Origin: Eledone cirrhosa
Lineage: Eukaryota
Assembly: GCA_964016885.1 (NCBI GenBank)
Contig: OZ024741.1
Location: 319,300,001 to 319,364,000 of the forward strand
DNA length: 64,000 nucleotides
Direction of reading: 5' to 3'
Shown in pieces: positions 1-14,113 of the stretch. Numbering within the stretch: position 1 is the first letter of the stretch; each line of letters begins with the position of its first letter. A program made the position numbers and the translations under genes. The notes beneath the pieces are model-generated. The model saw nothing but the letters and a program-made list of their open reading frames with translations. It was not told the DNA's origin and searched no databases.

Positions 1-23
1 AAGTAGCATGTTCTCTTTCTTTC

Positions 24-54
<31 letters not shown>

Positions 55-873
55 TATTGCAAAGTAAGACACCATGATCATCATCATTACCATCATCATC
101 ATCATTTAATGTCCATTTTCCATGCTAACATGGATTAGACAGGTTGTCCCATTAGAGACCAGTTGGGTCAGGTGACCGCGTCTTGCTCATATAGAACTGT
201 TTCTGGTTAGGTTTCTACAGCTGGATGCTATTCTTAACACCAACCACATTTACAGTGAAAAAAAAAAATCTTAGTGCTGTAGTAGAAATCATTTAAAAAA
301 ATCTTTCTGGTACTTCTGCACCAGTTGAATGAGTGTTTTCTGTTATAAATAATGTGGGGTGAGATGAGAAGAGTAATCATCATCATCATCATCACAGTTT
401 TATGTCCGTTCTTCCATGCTAGCATGGGTTAGACGGGTTGTCCTGTTGTGGGCAGTGTCCAGTCAGCTGACCTTGTCTTGCTCATACAGGAACTGATTCT
501 GGCTTGATTTCTACAATTGTAATATGGAAGCAAAAGGAATTCTGATGACCAAAATAAACATTCAATTAAACTGCAAAGAATGTTTTGACAAAATTAAAAC
601 TGACAATGAATTTCTTAGAAAAGTAGTTTCAAGTGAAAAAATATCAAAGTACTGATGATTTAATAAAATATTACTTGACAATAAAGAAAATCATGTTTAG
701 TTAAATATATTTTTAAATGCTGCTGTTCTACTTGACTATATATTACATGTACGTGCAGTCAAATAAAGAACAGCAGCTTTGTACATCTTTTGTTTTTGTT
801 CCCCATTTTACTATATCTGTCAACAACTTTACACACACATACACACATCCACATATATATATAGAATATATAT

Positions 874-914
<41 letters not shown>

Positions 915-1282
915 CATCTGTGTTTAATGTCTGCTTTCTCAGCTAACAAGGGTTGGACATGTTGTCACACAGGTTAATACAGAAGCAGAACATCTTACCT
1001 TATTGTGGCACTTACACTAGAGAAATTGTCATGTTTTTGGCATAGCAGAAGAGTCTTCTCAGATCTTTCTTTGGCAATTTTTTACGGCTACATACCCTTC
1101 CTATTACCTTCCTATCACCAACCACTTTACAGAGTGTAAGGGTTGCATTTATTGTGTAGGTCACCAACACCGGAGAAGCTGTCACACCTGACACAACTAA
1201 GAGTCTTCTTGAAGCTTTTGGTATGGTTTCTACAGTGGGGTGCCTTTCCTATTACCAGCCATGTTACATGTATATACATATT

Positions 1283-1314
<32 letters not shown>

Positions 1315-1651
1315 GGAGGCACATGGCTTAGTGGTTAGAGCATTGACCTTGCAATCGAAAGGTTGTGAGTTCAAATCTCAGACCAGGTGATGTGTTGTTT
1401 CCTTGAGCAAGACACTTTATTTTACATTGCTCCAGTTTACTCAGCTGTAGAAATGAGATGATAGGGACTGGGGTCCCTATCATTCCACTGCAAAGTGGTC
1501 ATTGAGGTGCCACGGCAAAAAAGCACCCGGCACTCACTGTAAATCAGGTTGGTGTTAGGAAGGGCATCCAGCTGTAGAAATCAAGTCAGAATCAGTTCCT
1601 GTCCCACCCTTGCAAGCAGGGAAAAGCGGACGTAAAATGATGATGATGATG
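1315..1651 (+). mobile_element. Full-length tRNA-derived SINE (family A) with (ATG)n tail
   Basis: A box TGGCTTAGTGG, B box GAGTTCAAATC, core CCTTGAGCAAGACACTTTATTT..TTGCTCCAGTTTACTCAGCTG, tail GGACGTAAAATGATGATG; many copies in the window. Confidence 0.85.
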
Positions 1652-2261
1652 AAGATATAAATATGTATATATATTACATATTAAATTTATGCCAAAAAAC
1701 TCTATTTAGGGAAGATGTCTAAGTATTATAGACAAATAATTTTTTAATAAACATTAACAACAACTTCCTTTTAGAGTTGATTTAGACATTTTTTGGCTAC
1801 TATTTCTAGCGTCATTATATATGGAGAGATTTGTTCATTTAGTAGTGTAGTTCATCAAAGCAAAATGTTGGGTATCATGTAGTTTTGGTTTCAAAGTGGT
1901 CTGTATACTTGATGATTAATATCTCCTCTTGTTCCAAAGAATTCTCACCTTACGACCAAAAAATAAGTTCTTCCAATATTGGTTATTCCAGTCATTTGAA
2001 ATGGCTGGCATTGTTTCTCTTGTTTTTGAAACCATAGTAGGGCGACGTTTATATGAGTGAGACTAACTTATCATAGTATGTCAAATTTATAGCCCCCTAA
2101 ATAGAGATTTTCGGCATAAGTTTAATATGTTAAATTACTTCTCTGAGTGATATTTTATAAATATATTTTATCCATTTATTGAGATGTCTAAGTATTAGAG
2201 ATAAATAACTTTTTAATTAATATATATATTTGGATTGGTGCTCTGAAATAGCGATGTATAC

Positions 2262-2654
2262 ATGAATGTATGTATAGTATATATGGCAATATACTGTTTG
2301 TTTAATTAAAAGCATTTTGAAGACCATACGCTATTGGTTTTAAAGTAGTGACTATGTCACTTACTTCTTTTTTTCGGTGAAAGAAGGGAGAGAAGCTGAC
2401 AGTCTGTTTCACGTTGTTTGGCGATCATCAGAATTCTATAAGAATCCAGCTTCTATAATTTTGGGCGGAAGCAGGGAGTGCAACGCTCTGATGATCGCCA
2501 AACAGCGTGAAAAAAGACTGTGAGCTTCTCTCCCTTCTTTTGCCGAAAAAAAGAAGTGACATAGTCACTACTTTAAAACCAATAGCGTAAGGTCTTCAAA
2601 ATGTTTTTAATTAAACATATGGTATATTGCCAAATATACTATACAGACATTCAT
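2262..2654. mobile_element. Inverted pair of ~170-bp PLE-like 3' ends, each starting with a hammerhead motif
   Basis: Arms 2262-2432 and 2487-2654. Minus arm: CUGAUGA-UCGCCAAACAACGU-GAAA-CAGACUG-UC/AGC. Plus arm: GCU-CUGAUGA-UCGC(CAAACA)GCGU-GAAA-AAAGACUG-UG/AGC. Confidence 0.7.
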
Positions 2655-2772
2655 AATATATATATATATCTTCATACACGGAACAAGAAACTTTACCTAA
2701 GGTCCAACTATGACCATCTATCTATCTATATATTTATCTTCCTATCTATCTATCTATCTATCTATCTATATA

Positions 2773-2962
2773 TACGAGGTGATGTTGAAAAGTTCCGGGC
2801 TTTAAGGGCTTTGCAAAAGGGTAGAGTTGTTACCGTAACAGGAGAGGTTGGAGCATGGCAATAAGAGTGTGAATGCATGGGGAATATGTTGAATAAAATC
2901 ATAATTAACTGATTCTCCTATATTTTCTTTTTCCCAAAAGCCAGGAACTTTTCAGCATCCCC

Positions 2963-2967
<5 letters not shown>
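2773..2967. mobile_element. Mariner-like MITE
   Basis: ~30-bp imperfect TIRs TACGAGGTGATGTTGAAAAGTTCCGGGCTTT / AAAGCCAGGAACTTTTCAGCATCCCCGTGTA with TA ends. Confidence 0.75.
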
Positions 2968-3009
<42 letters not shown>

Positions 3010-4504
3010 CATGATGGTTGAAAACTCTGCTAAAGAGTATTGCAATTGCTTGTCAGATACAGAAAATGGTACACTTTTAGGCTATGGCTAGCCACACAAA
3101 CCTGTAACATATCTTGAACATACAATGCCTGTGCTTTGAAGGTTTTTTAAGTAGGGAAAGGTCTTGCACTCGACCAATCCCACTCTCTGAACATCGAAAA
3201 CACTACCCAAAAAGGAGAACTGGTCAACATCATCGGATGCTTCCAAAGCTGCAGGTTTTTTTCAGAGTTTCTCTCTCTTAGAATGGTGTTGTGACAACAA
3301 CTGGGGTCCTTTCACTCCCAGGTGAAAAAAAAAAAAAGTACTGTTTGGATGGCCGTTTGCTCTGCTGAGTTCCTCTGTCCTTTGCTGGGTCTTGTCAACT
3401 CTCCCCGTCCAACAAGGAGATTTCCCATCTACTTTGGGGTGGGTAAAAAATGTCTCCTCTTCTAAAAATGGGTATAGCATTCATTATGTAAAATCTCCCA
3501 TTTTACCTTATTTCTCCCCGTTTTGGGGCACTGTTTTCCATGGTACTCCCTGTTTGGATCTTTAGAGGTTGGCAGGTCTGTTACTGTTCCAAATCTCATG
3601 CTTTGGAACTGCTTTGTCAGTCATCCTTGATATTTCTTTTTCCAGTCTTTGATACTCCTTATACAATTTCTCGATTCAAGTGTGGATGTTTTTTTTTTCT
3701 TCTGTTTTGGTAGGAATATTTGTCTGAGGAACCTGACCACAATCAACAAGTTTTGAAGAAACTTATTTTCCTTTTTTTGGTATAATATTCAAAAAGCATG
3801 AAACTGTGTAACCCCGAAATATGTTCGTATTTTTTTTGTTGCTTTTATATAAAATGGATTCAGGATGCAATCGACATGAATTGATTCCAACCAAAAACAA
3901 TTTCCCCATAAATATGAAACACTGTAGTGTATACAAGAAGAGAGACGTAAAATGATGATGATGATGATGATGATGAACACCAGTTTATTGACCTTACATC
4001 AAATACATTATGCCATTATGTAATGGTTATTTAATGGTTATTTGATGTGTGAACCTGAATGGACAACATCCTTTAGACAACAGGCATATCAAAAACAAAA
4101 AAAAACAACAAAATCTTGTTTACATTTTAAGCACCTATTATAACACTTTAATGTCTTTGAAATGTATATAACAGATGTGATGCAAAGACAATAAAGTGAA
4201 GTTGAATGTTTAAAACCGTCTCTCTTCTTCTTCTTTTTTAATACGGATATTCTGTTTGATACCATATAATATAATACCTTATGATATCCATACTGTTGAG
4301 ACTAATTATGCTTGATTACACCATAGTTCGTTGATTGCTTGGATCAACCAACACTGATTAGTAAGAAATCAATCACCGAGGAGGTCACAAAAGAGCTTTG
4401 GCAATATATAACGCAATATATAACGCATGTGCAAACTAAACACATAACACACAAAAACAAGATGGTGTAGGACAGAGCAAAGCAGATACACAAAATAAAA
4501 CCCA

Positions 4505-4547
4505 GTCACTGAGGAGGTCACAGAATGTGTGACGAAAGATCTTTGAC
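4505..4547 (+). ncRNA. Minimal type I hammerhead ribozyme
   Basis: GUCA-CUGAGGA-G-GUCACA(GAAUG)UGUGAC-GAAA-GAUC-UU/UGAC; one extra G before stem II; degenerate tandem copy at 4373-4402. Confidence 0.75.
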
Positions 4548-4946
4548 AATATATATAAACAACCATCCAGTTACTGAACTAACAAACCAACCAAACAGAA
4601 ATTTATAACAAATTGAAGTGAAAAGCAGCAGGTGCGTGTGTTTTTATTGGCAGCATGACCCTCTCAAGTATAACAATATCTGTTTCAACACACGTTTCCA
4701 GATAATAAATCTTGCAAAACAAATTCAAATTCAAATACGAAATATATATATATAACCATGGAACTATGTATGTATACATTAAATATATACCTGTATATTT
4801 TCTGAACATTAATATATATGTATATATATTTTTCTTATATATAGATATATCATCATAATCATCATAATCATTTAATGTCTGCTTAAATGATGTTATATAT
4901 ATATATATATATATATAAATATATATATATACACACATACACATAC

Positions 4947-5040
<94 letters not shown>

Positions 5041-5041
5041 T

Positions 5042-5081
<40 letters not shown>

Positions 5082-5082
5082 C

Positions 5083-5132
<50 letters not shown>

Positions 5133-5218
5133 GTGTGTAAATTATATATGTATGTGTCTGCATATCTTCTGATATGTATGCATGTGTTTGATATGTTCAT
5201 GATAATTTATAGATGTGT

Positions 5219-5268
<50 letters not shown>

Positions 5269-5559
5269 CATATTAGTGTATGTATGTTCAGTGTGTGTGT
5301 GTGTATGCATACATGTGTAGGTGTTATAGGCCACCTTTTCACATATCATTACAAGCAAAAACAAGTTGCCGTTTGTAAAAGATGAAAGCGCTGCTGCCTC
5401 AATTTGGATAGCCTGTTCAACATTCACTTAACGACAGAACACTTCCATCATAGTTTCGTAGTCACAAAATGATCAAAGATATTCTAGCATTTGTCATAAT
5501 CAGCCAAGCACTGAACTATCAACCTAGTTCCTCTTACTATCATTGTCACAGACATAACC

Positions 5560-6240
5560 ACTGCCACCGCTCGCTTGCCACCATCACCGTCACCACCACC
5601 ACCACCAACACTAACACCACCACCGTCACCACCTCCTCCAACACTAACACCACCACCACCAACACTAACACCACCACCGTCACCACCTCCTCCAACACTA
5701 ACACCACCACCACCAACACTAACACCACCACCGTCACCACTGTCACCAATACTAACACCACCACAACCAACACCATCACTGCTGCCACCATTATGACAAC
5801 AACACCACCATCAACACTACTGCCCTCAACATCAGCAACAACACCAATACAAACACCATCATCAATACCACTACTGCCACTCCAGCAACATCACCACTGC
5901 TACCATTACAATAACAACAACTACAACAACAACATACCCACCACCACCACCACAACAATAGCCATTACAACAGCTACTACCACTACGACTACTACAGTCG
6001 CTACTATTACTACAACCAGAATTGCAACCACTCCAGCAGTTACAACAAATACAACAACAACCACTACAGCAGTCACTACAACTACTACTACAACTACAAC
6101 AACCATTACAACAACCAATACAACCGCTGCAACTACTACAACTATTGCTACAACCACTACAACAGCGAATACAACCACTACTACTACTACATCCATGATA
6201 ACTAAAGACCTTCATCAATAACCATCATCACTAGCTAGAC
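5560..6240. repeat. (ACC/ACA/ACT)n low-complexity tract
   Basis: Triplet repeats with internal ~54-bp duplications. Confidence 0.85.
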
Positions 6241-6663
6241 ATTACCATTACCACTAATCATCATCCTTAATCAGACCGGATCATCACTCCTAACAATCAT
6301 CAGTAAGCAGACCCCACAACTGGCACTAACCATCACCACTAACCATCTTCCCTAATCAGACCCATTGTTGGTACTAGCCATCAGTCCAGAGTTGTCACCT
6401 TAACTACAAACGAATCAGAGCCATCACTACATAACTGAATTGAATCTTTGGCCAATTGAAATTTTGTGAGTTCTCTCCCTTGCTCCTTATGTGAGTAGAT
6501 TGCCATTAACACTAATAAATTTTCTTTTCATTGGGATTACAATTTATTTGTTCAAAATTCTGGTAGAATTCATTATATATATATATATAATAGTAGAGGG
6601 TTTAGCCACAAATGAAGACAGCTTAAGATTTTTCTAAGTACTGTTGATAATTTGAGGACTTCA

Positions 6664-8070
6664 CATTACGTTTCATTTGAGCCAGGTGTTGGGTTGTCAT
6701 GAAATCTTTACTGGTTCATTCTATGATCTTATCTGCCTATTTTTTTTTCTTATGATGCCCTTGTCTTCTTTTTCCCTGAACTGTTTCTTGGAGGATAGTC
6801 TTAGTCAATCTATCAGATCTTGTTATAGACTTCCAAAGAGCATTTGATGGAATATGACATAAGGCACTATTTGCCATGATGAAGATATACAACATGGAAA
6901 AGAAGCTGATTGAAATAATCAGCCACTTCTATGGGAAAGTAACTTGCATTACGTTTCATTTGAGCCAGGTGTTGGGTTGTCATGAAATCTTTACTGGTTC
7001 ATTCTATGATCTTATCTGCCTATTTTTTTTTCTTATGATGCCCTTGTCTTCTTTTTCCCTGAACTGTTTCTTGGAGGATAGTCTTAGTCAATCTATCAGA
7101 TCTTGTTATAGACTTCCAAAGAGCATTTGATGGAGTATGACATAAGGCACTATTTGCCATGATGAAGATATACAACATGGAAAAGAAGCTGATTGAAATA
7201 ATCAGCCACTTCTATGGGAAAGTAACTTGCATTACGTTTCATTTGAGCCAGGTGTTGGGTTGTCATGAAATCTTTACTGGTTCATTCTATGATCTTATCT
7301 GCCTATTTTTTTTTCTTATGATGCCCTTGTCTTCTTTTTCCCTGAACTGTTTCTTGGAGGATAGTCTTAGTCAATCTATCAGATCTTGTTATAGACTTCC
7401 AAAGAGCATTTGATGGAGTATGACATAAGGCACTATTTGCCATGATGAAGATATACAACATGGAAAAGAAGCTGATTGAAATAATCAGCCACTTCTATGG
7501 GAAAGTAACTTGCACAGTCCTCATTTGAGTTCTATGAGAAAGCAACTTGTACAGTATTTATTTGAGTTTTATGAGAAAGCAACTTGCATAGTCCTCGTTT
7601 GAGTTCTATAAAAAAGCAATTTGCACTGTCCTCATTTGGGAGGAAAAATAGGAGAGTTGTTTTCTAGAGCAGTCAGGGTTTGACAGGGATATCTCCTGCA
7701 ACTAACTTCCAGGAATACATAATGAATAAAGTTCTTGAAGGACACATTAGCACCATTGGTATTGGAGGACAAGCCAGATTCATCAACAATATCGATGGAC
7801 TAGAAGGTAAGAAAAGAGAACTCACCAGTTTAGTTAAATGCCTGGACATACCACTAGGAAAACACAGAATGGAAATCAGAACTAATTTGAGGTAAAAAGC
7901 AACAAAAATATGTTGGCAATAACTGTCAATATATTGGAAGTTTATTGACTCAACATGGAGCTTGAAGGAAATTTGGTTTAGATCACTTAAATCATCAATA
8001 TTCTGGCTACTGCCCAACATTGTCTTAATAATGATGTTACTACTGCCAATCTTTATACAAACTAGAAGAT
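6664..8070 (+). mobile_element. RTE-type LINE RT remnant with a triplicated 283-bp inversion junction
   Basis: IDFQRAFD..HKALFAMMK..LIEIISHFY (plus) joined to KTILQETVQGKRRQG (minus); units start 6664, 6947, 7230. Confidence 0.75.
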
Positions 8071-8357
8071 GCTGAAATGAAAGAATAAGAGAGAGAAGAT
8101 AAAGAATAAGAGAGAGAGAAGAAAAAGAATAAGAGAGAGAAGATAACGAATAAGAGAGAGAAGAAAAAGAATAAAAGAGAGAAGAAATAGAAATAAAAGA
8201 GATCCTGATTTCTTGTAATGATGGTGTCAACGATTAAGATGAAACAGAGCTCATTAATAAATGTCTAATTTGTGTTTTATATATATTGCTTCTGTGGCTT
8301 AGTGATTAGTGTGCTGGGCCAAAGATTGTAAGGTCAATTGTAAGGTTGATTGAAAGG

Positions 8358-8474
8358 TCTTCTTCTTCTTCTTCTTCTTCTTCTTCTTCTTCTTCTTCTT
8401 CTTCTTCTTCTTCTTCTTCTTCTTCTTCTTCTTCTTCTTCTTCTTCTTCTTCTTCTTCTTCTTCTTCTTCTTCT
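8358..8474. repeat. (TTC)n microsatellite
   Basis: Perfect trinucleotide run. Confidence 0.95.
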
Positions 8475-8780
8475 TTACTGGTGGATGGGTCTTTTGAATA
8501 ATGGCATATCACCAGTCAGCAATCTCCTTTATAAATATTAATAAAACTTTATTTTCAAACTTTACCAGTAATACGGCTGTTGCATATTGTTGTTGTTGGG
8601 CTGCCATCTGTTGTAATGATCAATGGAACAGCCTGCTCATTAAATTAGCAAGCAAGTGGCTGAGCATTCAACAGGCACATACACTCTGAAGGAGATTAAA
8701 AAATGACAATGTGTGACAAAGCTGGTTCTTTCAAATACAGATACTTACTTTTTCCAGCTGAGCGGACTGGAGCATCATCC

Positions 8781-8843
<63 letters not shown>

Positions 8844-9129
8844 ACATCATCATTATCATCACCATTTAAGATCCATTTTCCCATGCTAGCATGGGTTTGA
8901 TGGATTGTCCCATTTGAGACAAGTTGGGTTAGGTGAATGTGTTTTGCTCTCACAGAACTGTTTTTGATTTGGTTGAAATAAAATGTCTTGCTCAAAGATA
9001 CAATGCATTGCCAGGAATCCAACTCACAACCTTACAATCATAAGGTGAACATCCTATCCACTAAGCCACACTCCTTCACATGACTGGTGTAACCAAGTAG
9101 ATAAATACCAATACATGCCTGGTATTTAG

Positions 9130-9505
9130 AGATGTCTGACCACATTCCACTAGCAGTGCCTGCAGAAGATCCTTTGTGTGTCCTGGTGTAACCGAGTGGA
9201 AAATAAATCTTGCCCAAGTTGCGGACACTGCAGAGGGTGGTCTAGAGCACCGGTGCCACCTGGTTTGTCATATTCTACACCAGCCTAATGAACGACACTC
9301 TAAAACAGTGAGGAACTGAACTCCACCTGGTAGCAAACGGAAGAGAAGTTGTCCCAGGATCACTTGGTGACAAACGTTCCAAAAAGACCTGATGGCAGTC
9401 AACATCACTTGGCAGAGACTTGCAAAAGCCACTGCTGATCGTGATCGTTGGCAACAACTTACTGCTCGGAAGGCACAGAAAAACCTGCGGACTAAAATCT
9501 AGAGT
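9130..9505 (+). mobile_element. RTE-type LINE 3' fragment
   Basis: CLQKIL..W, RKRSCPRITW, ADRDRW motifs with stops. Confidence 0.6.
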
Positions 9506-9849
9506 AATATCCCTGGATGTTAACTATATAACCCTTTAATGTTCTAACTGGCCAAAACCGGCCAGAATTCTCTACCTCTTTCTGTTGAAATTGGCTGTAA
9601 CTGATCACTCAAACTTATGTTAAGGTATTGTTCTCAAAATAAATACTTTCAAAATCTCATGGATTCGATATTATGAGAGATAATTATGTGAGGTAAAGCC
9701 CTTACTGTGAAAATATAATAGTATATATAGAGTAATGTGAATGCTAAAGAGATAAGGTGATGAAAACATTAAAATCTCCAGGAATTCTTGTTAGGATTTG
9801 GTATGGCATCTCTATAAAACTGTTTCAACAACAACTAAACAATACAAGA

Positions 9850-12690
9850 CACAACTACCATCACTGCAACAGTACCACCAACACCACTATCAACCACCAC
9901 CACCATCATCACCATGAAGACCACCACTAACGCCACTACCAACATCACCACTCACACCACCACCACCACCACCACCAACACAACCACCACCAACACCACA
10001 ATCAACCACCACCACCATCATCACCATGAAGACCACCACTAACGCCACTACCAACATCACCACTCACACCACCACCACCACCACCACCAACACAACCACC
10101 ACCAACACCACAATCAACCACCACCACCATCATCACCGTGAAGACCACCACTTACACCACTACCAACATCACCACGCACACCACCAATACTATCATTGCA
10201 ACAATACCACCAACACCACAATCAACCACCACCATCACCAGAACCCTCCTCCTCCCACCATCATCACTACACCACCACCACCATCACTGCAACAATACCT
10301 CCAACACCACTATCAACCACCACCACCATCATCACCATGAAGACCACCACTAACGCCACTACCAACATCACCACTCACACCACCACCACCACCACCAACA
10401 CAACCACCACCAACACCACAATCAACCACCACCACCACCATCATCACCATGAACACCACCACTTACACCACTACCAACATCACCACTCACACCACCAATA
10501 CTATCATTGCAACAATACCACCAACACCACCATCACCAGAACCCTCCTCCTCCCACCATCAACACTACACCACCACCACCGTCACTGCAACAATACCTCC
10601 AACACCACTATCAACCACCACCACCATCATCACCATGAAGACCACCACTTACACCACTACCAACATCACCACGCACACCACCAATACTATCATTGCAACA
10701 ATACCACCAACACCACAATCAACCACCACCATCACCAGAACCCTCCTCCCCCCCACCATCACCACTACACCACCACCACCGTCACTGCAACAATACCTCC
10801 AACACCACTATCAACCACCACCACCATCATCACCATGAAGACCACCACTAATGCCACTACCAACATCACCACTCACATCACCACCACCACCACCACCAAC
10901 ACAACCACCACCAACACCACTATCAACCACCACCACCATCATCACCATGAAGACCACCACTCACACCACTACCAACATCACAACTCACACCACCACCACC
11001 ACCACCACCACCAACACAACCACCACCAACACCACTATCAACCACCACCACCATCATCACCATGAAGGCCACCACTTATGCCACTACCAACATCACCACT
11101 CACACCACCACCACCAACACAACTACCACCAACACCACTATCAACCATCACCACCATCATCACCGTGAAGGCCACCACTTACGCCACTACCAACATCACC
11201 ACTCACATCACCACAACCACCACCAACACCACCATCATCACCGTGAAGACCACCACTTACACCACTACCAACATCACCACGCACACCACCAATAATATAA
11301 TTGCAACAATACCACCAACACCACAATCAACCACCACCATCACCAGAACCCTCCTCCCCCCCACCATCACCACTACACCACCACCACCGTCACTGCAACA
11401 ATACCTCCAACACCACTATCAACCACCACCACCTCCATCACCATCACCAACATCACCACTAACACCACTAAAACCACTTCTACAACAATACCACCATTAC
11501 CCCCCACCCCTCAACTCAAACAACACCACTACCAACATCATCACCAACACCAACAACATTTCTACCACTGCACCACCAGCAACACCACCAATACTGCAAC
11601 AGTACCACCCGCACCAACCCCACTACCAACACTACCAACACTACCAACACCATCTCCAACATCCTGAATACCACCACGTCCACTGTAACTATACCTCCTC
11701 ACCACCACCACCACCACCACCACCACCACCACCACCACCACCACCACTGCTACAACACCACCATCAGCATCAGCATCATCACCATCATCACTACCACTGC
11801 AACTACACCAGCTGCAGCAGCAGCACCACCGCCATCACCACCACTGCAACTACACCAGCACCAGCAACAGTACCATCACCACCACCACTGCAACTATACC
11901 AGCAGCAGCACCACCACCACCATCACCACCATCACTATCACCATGATCACCAGCACCACCACTACCACCACCATCACCACCATCACTATCACCATGATCA
12001 CCATCATTATCACTGCCACCACAACCACCATCACCACTACTATCAACACTACCACTACTATCACCACCATCAACACTACCACGACTATCGCCAGCATCCC
12101 CACCACCACAATCACCCTTATCATCACCATCACCACCATCACCAGCACCACCACTTCCGCCACTACCACCACTATCACCACCACCATCACTACCACCATC
12201 ACCAGCATCCCCACCACCACTATCACCACTACCACCACTATCACCACCATCACTACCATCACCACCACTGCAACTACATCACCACCACTACCACCACCGT
12301 CACAACAACAACAACAACAACAAACATAACCTATATAAAGGCCACCTCTACACCACAACAAGAACCCAATAAATATTTGCCATGAAAATGAATGTGTGTT
12401 TAAAAATTACAGCAACAGAGCAGAGTTTGTAATGATGTAGTGTTAGCAGACTGTTAGGTTCTCACATACTACCATCATCACCACCACTTCCACCACCAAC
12501 ACCACCACCACCACCACCACGACCACCACCACCACCACCACCACCACCACCACACACACCACCACCACCACCAACACCACCGCTATCATCATCACCACCA
12601 CCACCACCACCACCACCACCACCATCACCACCACCATCACCATCACACCACCACCACCACCACTACACTACCACCATTACCATTCCAACC
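9850..12690. repeat. (CAC/ACC)-rich low-complexity array with higher-order duplicated blocks
   Basis: Recurrent CACCATGAAGACCACCAC and CAGAACCCTCCTCC landmarks among CAC triplets. Confidence 0.9.
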
Positions 12691-12879
12691 CACCCTTGCC
12701 ATCACCACACATACATTTTAATATTGCTATATTATACGCATATGTACACATAGAGGTGTATCATGTACATATTAATACACATACATACACATAGTGGAGT
12801 ATCATCATGATCATCACTGTTTAACGTCCATTTTCCATGCTAGCATGGGTTAGATGAGATGCCCTGTTGTGAGACAAGC

Positions 12880-14113
12880 CAAGAGGTCTATGAAATAAAA
12901 GATACACCTCTTGACAGTACTTCTATGATTTCATCAAGTATTCACACCGTGAATACTTGGTCAACTGTGCTGTGTCAGGGGCAAAAACCTCACTGTCAGC
13001 TAACTTGGATTTGACAATATCCCTACATCTCTTTGCCAGACACTTAGCATAGACTTTATGGGGGAGGCTTATCAATGAGATCCCTCTCTAATTGGAATAG
13101 TCTCTGAAGTCAGATTCCAGTTTAACCCCAAAGTCCTCCCATGTCTCAACTTTAGATGACTTTACTATTCTGCTGTGACTTTTCATACCTGTTTGTACCA
13201 CAAGTGCAAGAAGAAGGACATTTCCAATTCATGCCTTGTAAGCTTCCGCCTTTGCTTGGATGGTATCTTTGACCACTTGATTGAACCAACTAGTTTTCCT
13301 ATGACCCAGCACCATATAAAGCCACTTTCACCCATAGCATTTAACAGCTGAAGCTGGCTGCAGATAACTAGATGGTGATCAGATGACAGCTCAGCCCCTC
13401 TCTTAACAAGAACATTGGCACAGAATCGAAGAAATCAGAGTCAATAACAAAATCAATTACTGATCCCTGTCCCCGATTCCCCTTATGCTATGTGTATTTA
13501 TGGATGTTTTAGACTGGAAGGAAGTGTTCATAACAGAGAACTTGTTACTAGAACAAAATCTAATAAGGCCTCTCCATTTGTATTTAGATCTGGATCAACA
13601 TTCCTACAGTCAGTACCAACATGTGCATTGGGGGTCTCCCATTAGGATATATGACTCAGCCTCAACTACATCTAATGCTGCAGTGACTTTATCAAGGAAG
13701 GAACTGTATTTAGGCTCTCTGTTTGGTGCATAAACTTATGCCACCCACAGAGACCCTTCTTTCAGCCTAAGATCCAATGGGATCCCGTTCATAACACTTT
13801 CTGACAGCCAGGGGTTTATGCGTATCCCCACTCTCACTTGTGCAGTCTTTCTTGGCACCATACCTGAATAGTAGAGTTTCCATCCTCCTTCCAAATCTAC
13901 AGTACCAGAGCCATGGAATTTTGTTGAGGAAATTCTGACTATATCAAGCTGGTAGCCCCGGGCCTCCTCCACTAGTTGCTGCTCCTTGTCTGTAAGGGTT
14001 GTAACATTCCAGTTACCAATTTTCAAAGTTTGCTCCCTTTCGGACTCTCTTTGGAATCTTGGGTTACATAACCTTTGTCCCACACCTCCCAGGACAGGTT
14101 GTAGTGCCATCAT
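12880..14113 (-). mobile_element. RTE-type LINE AP-endonuclease remnant
   Basis: LKIGNWNVTTL..YQLDIVRISSTK..GSG..WKLYYSG. Confidence 0.75.

Noticed and set aside
1315-1390. tRNA gene (also 36968-37040)
   Set aside because: A/B boxes run directly into a multi-copy SINE body; no clean cloverleaf or poly-T terminator.
4603-5427. YIYI/VCVC/HTHT ORFs (also 23160-24323, 25755-27605, 56623-57796)
   Set aside because: Translations of dinucleotide microsatellites.
5469-6221. Mucin-like Thr-rich ORF with a hydrophobic N-terminus (and Thr/His ORFs at 10026-12385)
   Set aside because: Triplet low complexity open in several frames; no domain or splice support.
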